Shown in pieces: positions 39,501 through 48,625 of a DNA stretch of 64,000 bases. The stretch comes from a virus. The DNA lies in the IMG/VR virus record IMGVR_UViG_3300037583_000003, positions 29,183 through 93,182 of that record, one strand, 5' to 3'. Below the pieces are notes generated by a model. That model saw only the letters and a program-made list of their open reading frames with translations, was not told the origin of the DNA and made no database searches. Positions within the stretch are counted from its first letter, which is position 1, and every line of letters starts with the position of its first letter. The translations under genes were made by a program, and so were the position numbers.

Positions 39501-40829
39501 TCTTACCTGTTCTTCTACACTTGCGTCATTACCTAAACCATTTAGTGCTTTACTCAGTATTTGCCTGTTACCCTTATAACTATGTTGCACTGACTGTGAC
39601 CATAGAGCTTCTTGTATCATTCTGTCACTAGTATCTAACCCTAGAGACTCACCTAACTGCTTAACTGGCTCATAGTGAGACTCTGCTATAAACTCCTTCT
39701 GAGCTACTTCTAGCTTATCTCCAAACTTACCTACTACCTTGTTGTACTGCGTATTAAACTCATCAGATCCAGGTTTCATACCCTTGAAGAACTTAGAGAA
39801 CCTACTACCTTGGTCAGACTCTAAGAACTTACTCATAGTCCCTGCATCACTAGCTATCTGGTAGTTACCGTAACTAACACCTCCAGCATCACCAATACCA
39901 CTACTGATAGTACCTACCCCACCAGTACCACTTTCATACTTATTAGCTATAGAGCCTAGTTCGCTGGTCTTGTTTCTAACTTTAGAGTATCCAGATAACC
40001 CTAGGAACTCCTTATACAGTTCACCCTTATTGAATTCTGGGTCATCCCTAGAGTCACCGAAAAATCCCTCAGTGCTCTTATACATTTCAGTTGGGCTAGA
40101 TCCAAGTAACGCTTTTAACCTATTGTACTCACCACTATTACCAACCTCTCTACGAGCAACCCTATCAGCTAGTGCTGAGTCCCTACCATGACCTAGTTTC
40201 TCTAGAGTCTTAGCTACACCCTTAGGTAGGAATAGCTCGAACTGCTTGTCATTCAGATCTACACCACCAACTCCTGGAGCTTCACCATAAGATCTACCTC
40301 CTTTCCACAGGTTATCTACACCCTCGTTCAATGCTCTCTTAGGTTGATACCTGTAATCAGAGTCTCCTAGGTCAGCTCTAGATATTCCAGGTTTAATCCA
40401 GTCATCACCACCTTTACCTCCATAACCGTAGAATATAGAGTAGTCATCCATATCCCCAGTGAACTCTTCCATCTCACCTTTACTATTCTTTGTAACAAAC
40501 TTATCCCCAGACTTGTACACACCTAGGTCGTTAACAGACTGCCCTAACAGATACTGGTACTGGTTATCTTCCAATGAGTTAGCTATCTTATTTCCATAAT
40601 GGTCTTCAAACCTACCGTCATCAGATACTAACCTTTCATTCTCGCCATTAGGCTTAGTCTCATCTACCCAACTAGGGGTAACTACATTACCTAACCTCTC
40701 AAGCTTCCTCTGCTTAGCACTAGCAAGTGTATCTACCTTTGTAGGTGTAGTTGTAGGAGTGAAGTCAGGAGTGTAGTTAAACTGGTCTTCTGTAAGTCCT
40801 AGGTCGTTAGCTGTAAATTCTCTGCTCAT
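33501..40829 (-). CDS. virion-encapsidated RNA polymerase (N4 gp50-like): N-terminal and polymerase domains
   Basis: 2442 aa; GRYQLD...NPQNDK, motif A EIDGLTNG, motif B RNIMKTPVMIFNYG, motif C SVHDA; lysozyme-like insert near the N-terminus. Confidence 0.88.
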   Translation of the reverse strand: MSREFTANDLGLTEDQFNYTPDFTPTTTPTKVDTLASAKQRKLERLGNVVTPSWVDETKPNGENERLVSDDGRFEDHYGNKIANSLEDNQYQYLLGQSVNDLGVYKSGDKFVTKNSKGEMEEFTGDMDDYSIFYGYGGKGGDDWIKPGISRADLGDSDYRYQPKRALNEGVDNLWKGGRSYGEAPGVGGVDLNDKQFELFLPKGVAKTLEKLGHGRDSALADRVARREVGNSGEYNRLKALLGSSPTEMYKSTEGFFGDSRDDPEFNKGELYKEFLGLSGYSKVRNKTSELGSIANKYESGTGGVGTISSGIGDAGGVSYGNYQIASDAGTMSKFLESDQGSRFSKFFKGMKPGSDEFNTQYNKVVGKFGDKLEVAQKEFIAESHYEPVKQLGESLGLDTSDRMIQEALWSQSVQHSYKGNRQILSKALNGLGNDASVEEQVRAIYQSRLDYASEFMDSTSAANRYSSEMKDVLALGNGSSGTAGSKEVSSGDYYRDQRHEAELETMGVLGRALNTGKAAVGTLAKVAVVDFADWVGDATGLWDIGTKEEKAKMVNDTFSYNPRFSEEASRKAGILAERIYKGMNDDDSEVKLADVAKLVWEGVTPELGAESIATVAAMFIPWLGVTKAAKTGHEAISTFKKGTEVLQKSAGLLQWAAGQTNNEVDEYKEVHNSDPSIMKVSTIMITNVAMGGLDRLAMTSIIKSPLAVQELVGAMKAIPIPSLPREGRVGLVVKGLGVAAGLAGNMGKEAGQEYIQAMGEVLNVQLNIDDNGTVVSVLDEAGELLVDEETVIKGITGAGLGAGGSLQFSAVGAGLKVTGVSTSGAIEQLREYKDKKSSVETERSVNREAKEDQEVSVKRSQESSEEVVKEFETSGEVPTLESKLRHLIDNAPSERIKVAAINRLKEVLQEQEGAIYGSSMADVDKARKVASTIELLAANGLTDTEFKAIVDTAKAQVPDMADDMDLGIGELSLSMAREAGEVRKSMSEVSNDVAKGSKGFLTYYDSAMEGIESADEGLFNESVVKLVRFQAMQEGKLASYVSAIREVEAEVNSQVAEVMDRKELDREGALKVVQASYKSLAKKKVHKFEHAGNKNYVAYDTVIETMLKTGNALSEDNQPEVGYGVYGTVLAIAGEVRSMELLSTRLAGYREGATNDSEQGQNIADVQKELRKMQSARKEAGAVVKGDKEPEVGVGKEEVKSTTEKVDTEVKEESTQEANKEVEQEVATEVSEATVDDEVDNSEDSGEINLDDFRNMSFDASELGDVFEVDEDVPTTETNGESIADIMSSFETFNPEDFGMDDFDTSDVDQLQLDQEAMDEVTGDSSTRLPDKVKSDTVVEVESLLARLKDLGTKAKLSEEGGVKLTKEEVEELHAAVSEVASFRLYNDVAQKGIPLLVHNVRGEKARPLGDVYRVSMPTGLNLIKAEFTPAVTKVANTLFEAIKVPNRKTGYDGQGVIGIADLKKNPALAYLYKPTVDFGDDSKVVVSKKLKERNSGDYSNTSVADEMNANTVVAIEAGVLQYMSENAVNLVKRRTLDEATELLGVTKDDDAGAPIAAYVLKHGGGLMKFEADSLGAVIVKNLGITKGEETTDTEMAMLVTSFGNIGLVYAAKAGLIHDFTQQQVVGEQITKLPMGNDASDTSGSVLIKPTDQYFESRKATLTRMIELENQFSISIDSSRNYKVVKPKEKTKAPVKNNPYTVANPRQVKALNKLESIGYKVNDGVQALRGILGEATKSSLMKAIGYKEYAEGDKSVSYDERDAQRSRNIEIKNNVEAMLELLTNDGDTEVFFEWFLTKAGRYQLDSSKVNPQNDKQLARWLVTASATRVQLSKSTINEFMSDGNTSNLSDEDVMFLYGIVQAFDGSKLADGIAIDKNNQSKILAQARKIIGSSIEDQQEAALVSDHLGHAALAIANIEKLLDGNEEFGSTMVVEIDGLTNGFSYKVMQTPTGNAKKWLFKVGLIAEDKISHMSMNEMDRAKENDVYLEGGSVLASKVGQLSEVGMKSTVNPNDPEKSIEVDVSPIDVAWDRLGLTSDLTVSKGLRNIMKTPVMIFNYGAGLFKIVDDVISGEKEVMVAGLLEVGRDGNYVVTDKQLREVAGGGSTQQEDTNWIVEARAELTEKSLDSLSELDAVLTNYLEAKYKVEFIETLDEVFGDYLIMNKAMSELSEQVFAVFKKEYDKEVDKIGLKVTSSDKNGIVKKLIESGLAPAIDTASSTSAKDKLFLYQRALDKDVHTETSKIELTGDREFLTTSLLARGFRSPGASALVLPVQTSDGNTMGQSLVDSDKGFLSVHDAAVLGIGQMGEINILNKNWYEDVRQYTPAEALLDMGTKAYELSGSEKLQEAVGKLEVFVDDVRARRKELFSTTARAGQFVGPIGSAYEVTPDVIRDRNRKAVKKEYNALVESLVKLGSKEDGIAIRKLFDSSVLKKKLDKAGDCL

Positions 40830-40862
40830 GGTAGGTATCCGTATATTATTTGTATCTGTTTA

Positions 40863-40871
40863 ATTTTAACA
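40863..40871 (-). promoter_or_regulatory. extended -10 promoter upstream of vRNAP
   Basis: TGTTAAAAT about 35 nt before the ATG. Confidence 0.5.
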
Positions 40872-40872
40872 C

Positions 40873-40906
40873 AAAAAAGCACCTAGTACCCTAGGGTAGT
40901 AGATGC
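40873..40906 (-). terminator. rho-independent terminator
   Basis: GCATCTACTACC-CTAG-GGTACTAGGTGC-TTTTTT. Confidence 0.75.
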
Positions 40907-40937
40907 AATTGCCTATACTTATGTAACTTTACTTTAA

Positions 40938-42443
40938 CTACTGGTATAACCTACCGAAGTACAGCTTAACTAGGTCAGGTCTAATAGGTGCTAGTACTTG
41001 CATGGCTATTTCAACCATTCTCTTATCACCAGAGTTAACAGCATTAATAGCTAGTTCAGTAGCTTCCTTACTACCTAGACTAGCATAGTCAACCATATCA
41101 GTGTACACGTCTTTATCGGACTGTACTGGCTCTTCTTGTACTCTAGGTCTAGGTACACTAGTAGTAACTTGAGAAGCAACTTGAGGAGCAACCAGCTTAC
41201 CGACATCAGACATAGTATCTACTTCAGGTACTAGCTCCCTAGCAGGGACATTGTAACTACCCATAGCTTCCCTTCCCATATCAGACAGTAGCTCACTAGT
41301 GTTTCTAGACTTAACATTTTTCATACCAGTTATAGCTTTTAACAGCTTAGGGTCATTTATCTTAGCTTGCATACCTTCTAGTGTTTTTCTGGCTGAGGTA
41401 TTGTACTTTTTAGGACTCTTACGCATGTCTTCTATAATTACCGATAGTTCATCTGCTGTCTCAAAGTTCATATCGTTATCCCATGAACCTAGAGTGAAGG
41501 AGTTCTGTAACGCTCTAAGAATCTCTTTAGGTGTAGGCTTTGATTTAGTACCATCAGGGTTACGTATTGTAGTTTCAGCTACAGAATTAACAGCACTAAT
41601 AGTCTCACCCCTATCCCAGTCTAGACTCCATGATTCATCAGGTAGTACCTTGTTGATGTACTCGTTAATATCACTCTTAGTAGTCTTATCGCCTTTATCT
41701 GAGATCTTCTTATCAAACTGCTTAGATACAGCTAGAGCGTCTTTAAACTGCTCTTTGAACACCTTACGTGTATACTTTAGATTATCTACTCTCTGCTTAA
41801 GTTCCGTATTCACTTCCTTAACACCAGCTCTTTCGTCAGTTACCATTTCCTTCTTGGTGGTATACGGCTCAGAATAATTATCAGCCATAGCTTTAGCTTG
41901 TTTAGCATCACCAGTTTTCTCCATAACATCAGAGTACACTTGACTATAAGCACTCCCTTTAGTAGGTTCTAATCTACCCATCCCTTCTGACACTTTAACA
42001 GTCAGATTCTTCATATCTTGATTGAACTGGCCTAGTATCTTAGGGTTAGCTTCAAGCTCAGACAGACTAATACCATCAGACTTATCTGTCTTTAACCCAT
42101 ACGAACTCATCAGATCCCTTATCGGGTCACTAGCAGCTTCTGAGAAGGCTTTAAGTGCAGGAGTATCTATACCTTGACCACCTAGCTTACCGAACTCAGG
42201 TGTATAGTTTCTCTGGAACTCTGTAGCTATCTGCTCACCCTCGAACTGTGTAGCCCTTTGATCTGCTGCAACTTGAGCACGATCATTGGTTAACTCCCAC
42301 CTTCTGTCTGCTTCAGCCTGAGTTACTTTCCTATCCTCACCATCTAAGTACTTCAAGTAAAGACTACCTGCGTTGTCTAAACCTTTCTGTAACCCAGCTA
42401 AAGGATTTACTATAGAACCTACGTTAACCTTAGTACGTGACAT
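40938..42443 (-). CDS. putative ejection/internal virion protein (N4 gp51 position)
   Basis: 501 aa, cysteine-free, helical; directly upstream of vRNAP. Confidence 0.6.
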   Translation of the reverse strand: MSRTKVNVGSIVNPLAGLQKGLDNAGSLYLKYLDGEDRKVTQAEADRRWELTNDRAQVAADQRATQFEGEQIATEFQRNYTPEFGKLGGQGIDTPALKAFSEAASDPIRDLMSSYGLKTDKSDGISLSELEANPKILGQFNQDMKNLTVKVSEGMGRLEPTKGSAYSQVYSDVMEKTGDAKQAKAMADNYSEPYTTKKEMVTDERAGVKEVNTELKQRVDNLKYTRKVFKEQFKDALAVSKQFDKKISDKGDKTTKSDINEYINKVLPDESWSLDWDRGETISAVNSVAETTIRNPDGTKSKPTPKEILRALQNSFTLGSWDNDMNFETADELSVIIEDMRKSPKKYNTSARKTLEGMQAKINDPKLLKAITGMKNVKSRNTSELLSDMGREAMGSYNVPARELVPEVDTMSDVGKLVAPQVASQVTTSVPRPRVQEEPVQSDKDVYTDMVDYASLGSKEATELAINAVNSGDKRMVEIAMQVLAPIRPDLVKLYFGRLYQ

Positions 42444-42452
42444 AATCCATCC

Positions 42453-42788
42453 TTATACGTTAGCTACAGGTGCTTTAAATGCAGCACTTATATTCCTACG
42501 ATTCTGCATAGTCTCAGCAGCAAACTTACGATTCTGTTTAAGACCCTTAAGCTGTTCTTCCATCACTGGCTTCTGTTGTAGGTAACTAGCAAGACCTAAT
42601 CCTAGTTGACCTAACCCTAGAGCACCACTAACAAAACCCTTATTAGTTAAGGTATCTTTATTCTGATCCCACCAACTTAACTCAGCTTTAGGCTCAACAG
42701 CACTATAACCGGGTTTGAATGGTACAGTAGCCTGACTACTAGTTAACAAGCTACCTAGTCCTAGTTGTCCCATATAATCTTCTGACAT
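42453..42788 (-). CDS. small internal virion protein (N4 gp52 position)
   Basis: Gly-rich hydrophobic segment GALGLGQLGLGLASY followed by a Q/N helix. Confidence 0.6.
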   Translation of the reverse strand: MSEDYMGQLGLGSLLTSSQATVPFKPGYSAVEPKAELSWWDQNKDTLTNKGFVSGALGLGQLGLGLASYLQQKPVMEEQLKGLKQNRKFAAETMQNRRNISAAFKAPVANV

Positions 42789-42808
42789 ATATTTCTCCTA
42801 TTTACTCT

Positions 42809-42817
42809 ATTATAACA
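42809..42817 (-). promoter_or_regulatory. extended -10 promoter
   Basis: TGTTATAAT followed by AGGAG RBS. Confidence 0.6.
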
Positions 42818-42822
42818 TAACC

Positions 42823-44661
42823 TTAACTATTATCAGCTAGCCTTAATGCACTTACAGTACTAGCTTGTATATTGCCTGAGTGGAACTTAGTTGCCCACCT
42901 CTCATAAGGCCTATCAAACTGACCAGCATATATAGACCAATCAGCTTGCATGGGTCTAAAGTTAGCAACATTTATATTCATCAGTAAATCATTAACCTTA
43001 GTTTGTTCCCTAGTGTATTCAGCGTTATCCCGTTTGAGATCTTTTATCTCACTAGCTAGAGACCTTAGCTCATTCTTCTGGTAAGAGTCAAACACATAAC
43101 CAACCATCTTTATTATTTGCTGGGAACTTATGTCAGTAACCTTACTACTAAGTAACTCAGTGAAGTTACCTTTAACTCCTTCCCATACCATACGATTAAA
43201 CTCTTTCTCTACTAGGTCTATAGCCACATCATTAACCATGTCACTCATAACTTCCGTAGTTACGTTAGTAGCTGATTCCTCTAGTGCTGCCTTGATTGAT
43301 GACTTAGCTACTGTCCTACCTCCCTCAAGAGCAGTCCTACCTATAGCTGAGTATATACTACCTACTATAGATACAATACCTGCTATCTGGATAAGAGGAT
43401 TCATACCCTTTAGGAACTTACTGAACCCCATAGCTGCTTCCTCATAACCCATACTGTATAGAGCAGCTGTTGCTGTTGACATTACAAGTGTAGCTACCGT
43501 AACAGCCGTAGCTAAAGCCGTAATAGCTGTATACGCACCAGCTCCTACTTTTGCACCCCAACCCCATGTAACTATAACTACTATAACGAATACTATAAAC
43601 GCTACTATCTTCCAAGATCCTGAATCCTTCTCTCTGTAACCTGAGTCTATAGCACTACTTATTAGTTGTATCCTATCCTTTAGTTTAACGTCTCCATTTG
43701 TTAGGGCAGATACTTTCATGTAGTACTTTCTATCACTTACAGTCCATATACTTCCATCTATAGACGTAGGGTGAGGAGTGTACACAGGACCACTTATGAA
43801 GTTACCTGAAGTCACTACTGAAGCTAGACTACCTCTAACGTCTACTACGTTACTATTAGTCGAACTACTATTAAAGTCTGTAGCTATCCGTTCGACTACG
43901 TCTGTAGTTGCACTAAAATTCGTATAAGGTACTGTTATGTAAGCTGTGTAACCTTTCGTTAGTATACCTACGTCTACGGTCTCAAGCGACAGAGAGTCTT
44001 GAATGAACCTATCTATAGTTCCTGGTACTTCAACTAGTGTAGTAACTACCCTATCTATAGTGTATGGTACATCTGTACTACCTAGTATGTACTTAGTTAG
44101 TGCATCCTTATATACATCAGAGGGATTACCACTAGTAACCCTTTCTGTATTCCACATTGACGAGTATCTACCAGCAAACTCAGCTATAAGTCCTGCTTGA
44201 TCACTTACAGGCGAAGTAAACACTACAGGTGTAACACTAGGTTTCTCCCATTGTCGTATTTTAGGGTCAATTGCACCCATTACGGTTAACTCAAGCTGGA
44301 TGCTATGTCCTGCTGGTACAGATCCTGTACTATCCCACATAAGTTTATCTAAGTTACTAGACACAATACCTGCTGTCATACCACTAGTACTAGCCTTTAC
44401 AGGGTTTAACCATAACCATGCGCTCTTAACTCCCTTCATCCTAGGGTTTTTTAACTGATCCCATGACTTCAGTAACATAGCTAACCTTTTGAAATTAGCT
44501 CTTTGTCTATAAGTCTTAAAGAAATAGTTCCTGTGTATTAGAACTGTATGACCATTCACAGTAGTTGTACCCCAGTACTTTATAAACTTCCTGATGTAAG
44601 CTAGCTCTGTTAGGTACTTACCTACTATGAGAGGTTCTAAGTCTGGGTGAGGTTTCTTCAT
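42823..44661 (-). CDS. virion structural protein (N4 gp53 position)
   Basis: 612 aa; strong hydrophobic segment WKIVAFIVFVIVVIVTW followed by Ala/Thr-rich helices; synteny. Confidence 0.6.
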   Translation of the reverse strand: MKKPHPDLEPLIVGKYLTELAYIRKFIKYWGTTTVNGHTVLIHRNYFFKTYRQRANFKRLAMLLKSWDQLKNPRMKGVKSAWLWLNPVKASTSGMTAGIVSSNLDKLMWDSTGSVPAGHSIQLELTVMGAIDPKIRQWEKPSVTPVVFTSPVSDQAGLIAEFAGRYSSMWNTERVTSGNPSDVYKDALTKYILGSTDVPYTIDRVVTTLVEVPGTIDRFIQDSLSLETVDVGILTKGYTAYITVPYTNFSATTDVVERIATDFNSSSTNSNVVDVRGSLASVVTSGNFISGPVYTPHPTSIDGSIWTVSDRKYYMKVSALTNGDVKLKDRIQLISSAIDSGYREKDSGSWKIVAFIVFVIVVIVTWGWGAKVGAGAYTAITALATAVTVATLVMSTATAALYSMGYEEAAMGFSKFLKGMNPLIQIAGIVSIVGSIYSAIGRTALEGGRTVAKSSIKAALEESATNVTTEVMSDMVNDVAIDLVEKEFNRMVWEGVKGNFTELLSSKVTDISSQQIIKMVGYVFDSYQKNELRSLASEIKDLKRDNAEYTREQTKVNDLLMNINVANFRPMQADWSIYAGQFDRPYERWATKFHSGNIQASTVSALRLADNS

Positions 44662-45512
44662 CAGTAAGGCTTAGATGCTAAGTTTAGCTTGTTTGCAGCT
44701 GAGTTTATTGTACCTAACAACTGGTCACCAGTACCTCCACCGCCGAATGGGTCATACTCACCTGCTAACGCTGTACCTAACATACTAGCTGCTCCACTAA
44801 GAGCACTAGCCCAAGCGTTATATGAGTAACCGTTAGCTTGTTCCTTAGCTATAATCTCTTGTACATCACTTAGTGTAGGAGTACTACCATGGGTCTTAGA
44901 TACACCACTCAACCCACCATCAGCTAGTGTGAACGTGTAACTACCGTAGTTCCTATAGGTATCAGCTACGACCTTGTGTATAGCTGCTTGACTCTCAGTC
45001 TTCTTAGAATCCAACAGTATACCTTCTTTACCAGCGTTAGTTATACCCACACCTAGCAGTCTAGTCTCCTCATACATCTTACCTGTATCAGTCAAACTAG
45101 CGAGCTTACCGTTCAGTATTGTAGGTGTACCATATGTCCTAACTACTTGTGCTTGCATAGCTATAACTTCTTCAAGCATCTTGTTCACTTGTGCTTCTTT
45201 AAGTAGTACTTCGTGATCTAGTATATCTAGTTTTCTAGCTAGTTCCAGCTTAGCTAGTGCTACATCTTTCTCTTTAGCTGCCCATTGTAGAGCTGTAGAC
45301 ATACTAGCTGTAACAACTGATTGGTTAGCTGCTGTAAGTACACCACTTATGATTTTAGTCTTATCAGTGGAGCTTAAGCTATGCTCTTTGAATAACTCGT
45401 CTAGAGTTTCTTTCGTCCTTATGTACAAGCTTTCACTACCTAGAGACTCTTTGATTAGTGCTCTATACTTACTCGTTACGTCTAGCTCTGTTTCTACTGT
45501 AATTGTTGCCAT
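44661..45512 (-). CDS. virion tail protein (N4 gp54 position)
   Basis: 283 aa helical protein; TALQW and IIAKEQANGY segments; synteny. Confidence 0.55.
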   Translation of the reverse strand: MATITVETELDVTSKYRALIKESLGSESLYIRTKETLDELFKEHSLSSTDKTKIISGVLTAANQSVVTASMSTALQWAAKEKDVALAKLELARKLDILDHEVLLKEAQVNKMLEEVIAMQAQVVRTYGTPTILNGKLASLTDTGKMYEETRLLGVGITNAGKEGILLDSKKTESQAAIHKVVADTYRNYGSYTFTLADGGLSGVSKTHGSTPTLSDVQEIIAKEQANGYSYNAWASALSGAASMLGTALAGEYDPFGGGGTGDQLLGTINSAANKLNLASKPY

Positions 45513-45527
45513 GTTAATTTCCTATTG

Positions 45528-46784
45528 TTAATCCAACTGTTTATACACAAACAAAGTACACAAAGTAGTAGGAGTACTGCTGAGCGATCCATTTACAGCT
45601 ACTACCTTAAACGTGAATGTGCTACCAACCTTAGCCAAGTACGCGTGTGCTCCAACTACCGAAGACCCTACTGTTGGGAATACTTTAGCCAAAAACAGCC
45701 CAATTGTGTAGTTGTTGTCTGCAGATGTACTAGGTATAAACTCAAAACTAGGTAACGTAGGCATAAAGTCTGTATCAGTAAAGGCAGAGACTACAATACT
45801 ATACTTACCACTCAGTGTTATACTCTGGTCTACCGATAGTACATGTTTACTCACGTAGTGTGAGGCGTAGCTTCTTGTAGTATTCGGTGAAGTACCAGCT
45901 ACAAGCGTACCTTTTACAGACGTGCTAGTACTCTCAGTTATACCATAAGCTGTAACATGGTGCTCTTCGTGTACACCAGCTGACATAGGCCATACCATGT
46001 TACTTACCGTAAACACTTCAGTACTTATGTAGGTGTACTGCCCAACGTAGTCTATATTTAGTATGTTACTAGTCATCATATGGTAGTTGTCTATAGCTGG
46101 GCTGTATGCCTGATCTGCTCCACCATAAGTTAGCACTTTGTTATTTGTTATATCCTGCCCATTTACCGTTATACCATCCGCTAGCGTTATATCATTAGAG
46201 TTTGGAGTTCCTGCTGCAATAATTGCTGTATTAGCACTAGAGTACTCTACGTCAAACCACGTGATAAGTACCCTTAACCCACTACGTATACTGTGCAGGT
46301 AACTGGCTGTACTCTCACTTAGATCAAAACCTATGTACATTCCTATGTAGGGTGCTGTTAGTCCTGCTATGCACACACTTTGCCCTATAGCCGTAATGTT
46401 GGCAGATGTTGTGCCATTTGCTCCACCATAGGTTACAGCTTTACCAGATAGAGTGAGAGAACCTCCTAGAGATGGCTTGTACAATGATACAGTCAGTGGT
46501 CTGTTACCTTTGGCTGTGTAACTAGCAGTAGACAGCCCAGGTATTGCTGTAAACTTCCTTGGGTAATCTATTTGTCCAAACAGTGGGTCGTTGTCTAGTG
46601 AATCGTTACCTAGTGTAGCCTCAAACGTACTGTGTACAGATATCTTGTTACCCACTGTGCTGTTGAAAGCACTACTGTTAAGTAGACTGGTAGTACGAAG
46701 TGAAGCCTTATCAACGTTAGTAGTAGTAAAGTGCATAATACCATCACCTTTAGTACTGCTATATGAATCTATTAACGCACTCAT
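45528..46784 (-). CDS. putative tail appendage protein
   Basis: 418 aa, Ser/Thr/Gly-rich beta character; coupled to 46781-48625. Confidence 0.5.
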   Translation of the reverse strand: MSALIDSYSSTKGDGIMHFTTTNVDKASLRTTSLLNSSAFNSTVGNKISVHSTFEATLGNDSLDNDPLFGQIDYPRKFTAIPGLSTASYTAKGNRPLTVSLYKPSLGGSLTLSGKAVTYGGANGTTSANITAIGQSVCIAGLTAPYIGMYIGFDLSESTASYLHSIRSGLRVLITWFDVEYSSANTAIIAAGTPNSNDITLADGITVNGQDITNNKVLTYGGADQAYSPAIDNYHMMTSNILNIDYVGQYTYISTEVFTVSNMVWPMSAGVHEEHHVTAYGITESTSTSVKGTLVAGTSPNTTRSYASHYVSKHVLSVDQSITLSGKYSIVVSAFTDTDFMPTLPSFEFIPSTSADNNYTIGLFLAKVFPTVGSSVVGAHAYLAKVGSTFTFKVVAVNGSLSSTPTTLCTLFVYKQLD

Positions 46785-48625
46785 CTTATGTATATACCTC
46801 CGTTATCTAGGTCTATCTTCATCTTATACGTAGTACCATTCCAGGATGAGTCGTATATTACACCAGCTGTAACAGCACCTAGGTTTGCACTTAACGCACT
46901 AAGAGACCCTGTAACTATACTGCCTCCATCTATCTTTGTTGTACTGCCGTCATTTATAGCAGTTACTACATCTTGTGCTGATGCACCTAACGTAGGTACG
47001 TCTGTTAAGTTACTAAAGCTAACTACACCATTGAAACTAACTTGTGGAGTAGTACCACTAGCATCTATAGTGAATGGAGCTACTTGCCCTGTTTGAGCAC
47101 TGTTAGTAAACTTAAACTTCTCTGCATCAATCCAAAACTCACTATCATACGGGTCTGCTTCTGTACCTACACCACCAGTTAATAACGAAGTTAGTCCGAA
47201 CGAACTACTGTAGTATGTCCCATTAATACCTATAGTAGAATCGTAAGCAAACTTACTTTCAACTGTAGCCACACCGTTAGTTATATCTGCGGTTAACGTC
47301 TGCATTAGATTACTATCACCACTAACCCTAGCTATAACTTCAGCACCTAAATCATTTGTAATTTGATTAACATCCCCAGTAAGAGATACATCCAGGTTTG
47401 TCACGTTCTGTGCTATAGCAACTATCCTCTTGTCGGAGGAGTCTACCCAAGAAGTTCCATCCCATACGAACAGTAGGTCATCGTTACTGCTATCGAACCA
47501 TAGGTCACCTTCCCCTTCTGCTACAGGTGGTGTACTTTGCTTAAACGTAGTTATCTTACCATCAGCTAGTGCATAAGCGTTTAACGCTTCCTCATAGGCT
47601 GCTTGTGCTACTTGATCTACAATTAAAGCCCAAGTATAACCTTCTGTGTCTGTACTAAAGGGTGACGTAGAATCAACAGCAACCTTTAGGAACTTGTAAC
47701 TAGCTATGTACGATTTTGTTCCGTTACTATTAGTCGTATACTGTACGTAAACGTCACCTACTTTAGCTTTTCTAACTAAGTCATTACCAGCAGCAGTGTC
47801 TGCTGCTTTCCACGTAACATACGGTTCTGCTGTCTGCACTAACTCTGCTTGTGAGGAACTGCTTGCGTTTACTATAACTACATGCTCTCCAGTAATTGTA
47901 TCCTGTATACCATCAATAGCCCCTAAACCAGCCAGCAATCCTGTACCATCGGGTAGTCCATCAGAGCCTAGGCCTACATAAGTATTTAAGTTGTGTGTTA
48001 CATCTGCTGTAGCTCCTAGTCCAGTGATTGGATCACCTATAACGCTAGACAAAGCTTCCACAGATATAGCATTAGCATTAGAGGTATTCACTACAGCTTG
48101 TTGCAATTGCAGTATCCTGGAGCTAATCTCACCACCCGTGGTAGACGCTGTAACGTAATCAGCTACTATTGTAGTTACTCCACTTTCAGTTACACTTACG
48201 TTATTGAGGTTAGTTATGTTACCCTCGTTATCATTTACACGCCCATTCAACTGCTGTAGTCTAGTAGCTATAATACCTTCTATAGTAGTCTCTATGTTTA
48301 TAAGCTCCGCATAACTATTCTTAGCTATTTGTACTTCGTCTATTGCGGTTACTACACTATTCTTTAGTGATTCTACGTCAAGTAAACTAGTGCCTAGTGA
48401 ACTAACCATTACCTCATCTATCAAACCTAGCAACCAAGGTGGGGCATCATCAGCTGACACACTAGCGTATAGGTTATCACCTACTACCGTGTACTCTTGC
48501 TTGGACACCTCAACAGCTAGTTCACTAGGTACATCGGTAACAATAGAAGGATCTGCTTTAACCTCAACTACAGCTACTGGTGTTACATTTACTTCAGGAG
48601 AAGCTTCAATAGCTGTATCAGTCAA
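46781..48625 (-). CDS. putative tail fibre/tip protein
   Basis: Coiled coil; PPVAEGEGDLWFDS...WDGTSW motif; C-terminal SEFWIDAEKF...IDGGSIVTGSLSALSANLG as seen in tail-tip proteins. Confidence 0.6.
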   Translation of the reverse strand: MTDTAIEASPEVNVTPVAVVEVKADPSIVTDVPSELAVEVSKQEYTVVGDNLYASVSADDAPPWLLGLIDEVMVSSLGTSLLDVESLKNSVVTAIDEVQIAKNSYAELINIETTIEGIIATRLQQLNGRVNDNEGNITNLNNVSVTESGVTTIVADYVTASTTGGEISSRILQLQQAVVNTSNANAISVEALSSVIGDPITGLGATADVTHNLNTYVGLGSDGLPDGTGLLAGLGAIDGIQDTITGEHVVIVNASSSSQAELVQTAEPYVTWKAADTAAGNDLVRKAKVGDVYVQYTTNSNGTKSYIASYKFLKVAVDSTSPFSTDTEGYTWALIVDQVAQAAYEEALNAYALADGKITTFKQSTPPVAEGEGDLWFDSSNDDLLFVWDGTSWVDSSDKRIVAIAQNVTNLDVSLTGDVNQITNDLGAEVIARVSGDSNLMQTLTADITNGVATVESKFAYDSTIGINGTYYSSSFGLTSLLTGGVGTEADPYDSEFWIDAEKFKFTNSAQTGQVAPFTIDASGTTPQVSFNGVVSFSNLTDVPTLGASAQDVVTAINDGSTTKIDGGSIVTGSLSALSANLGAVTAGVIYDSSWNGTTYKMKIDLDNGGIYIR

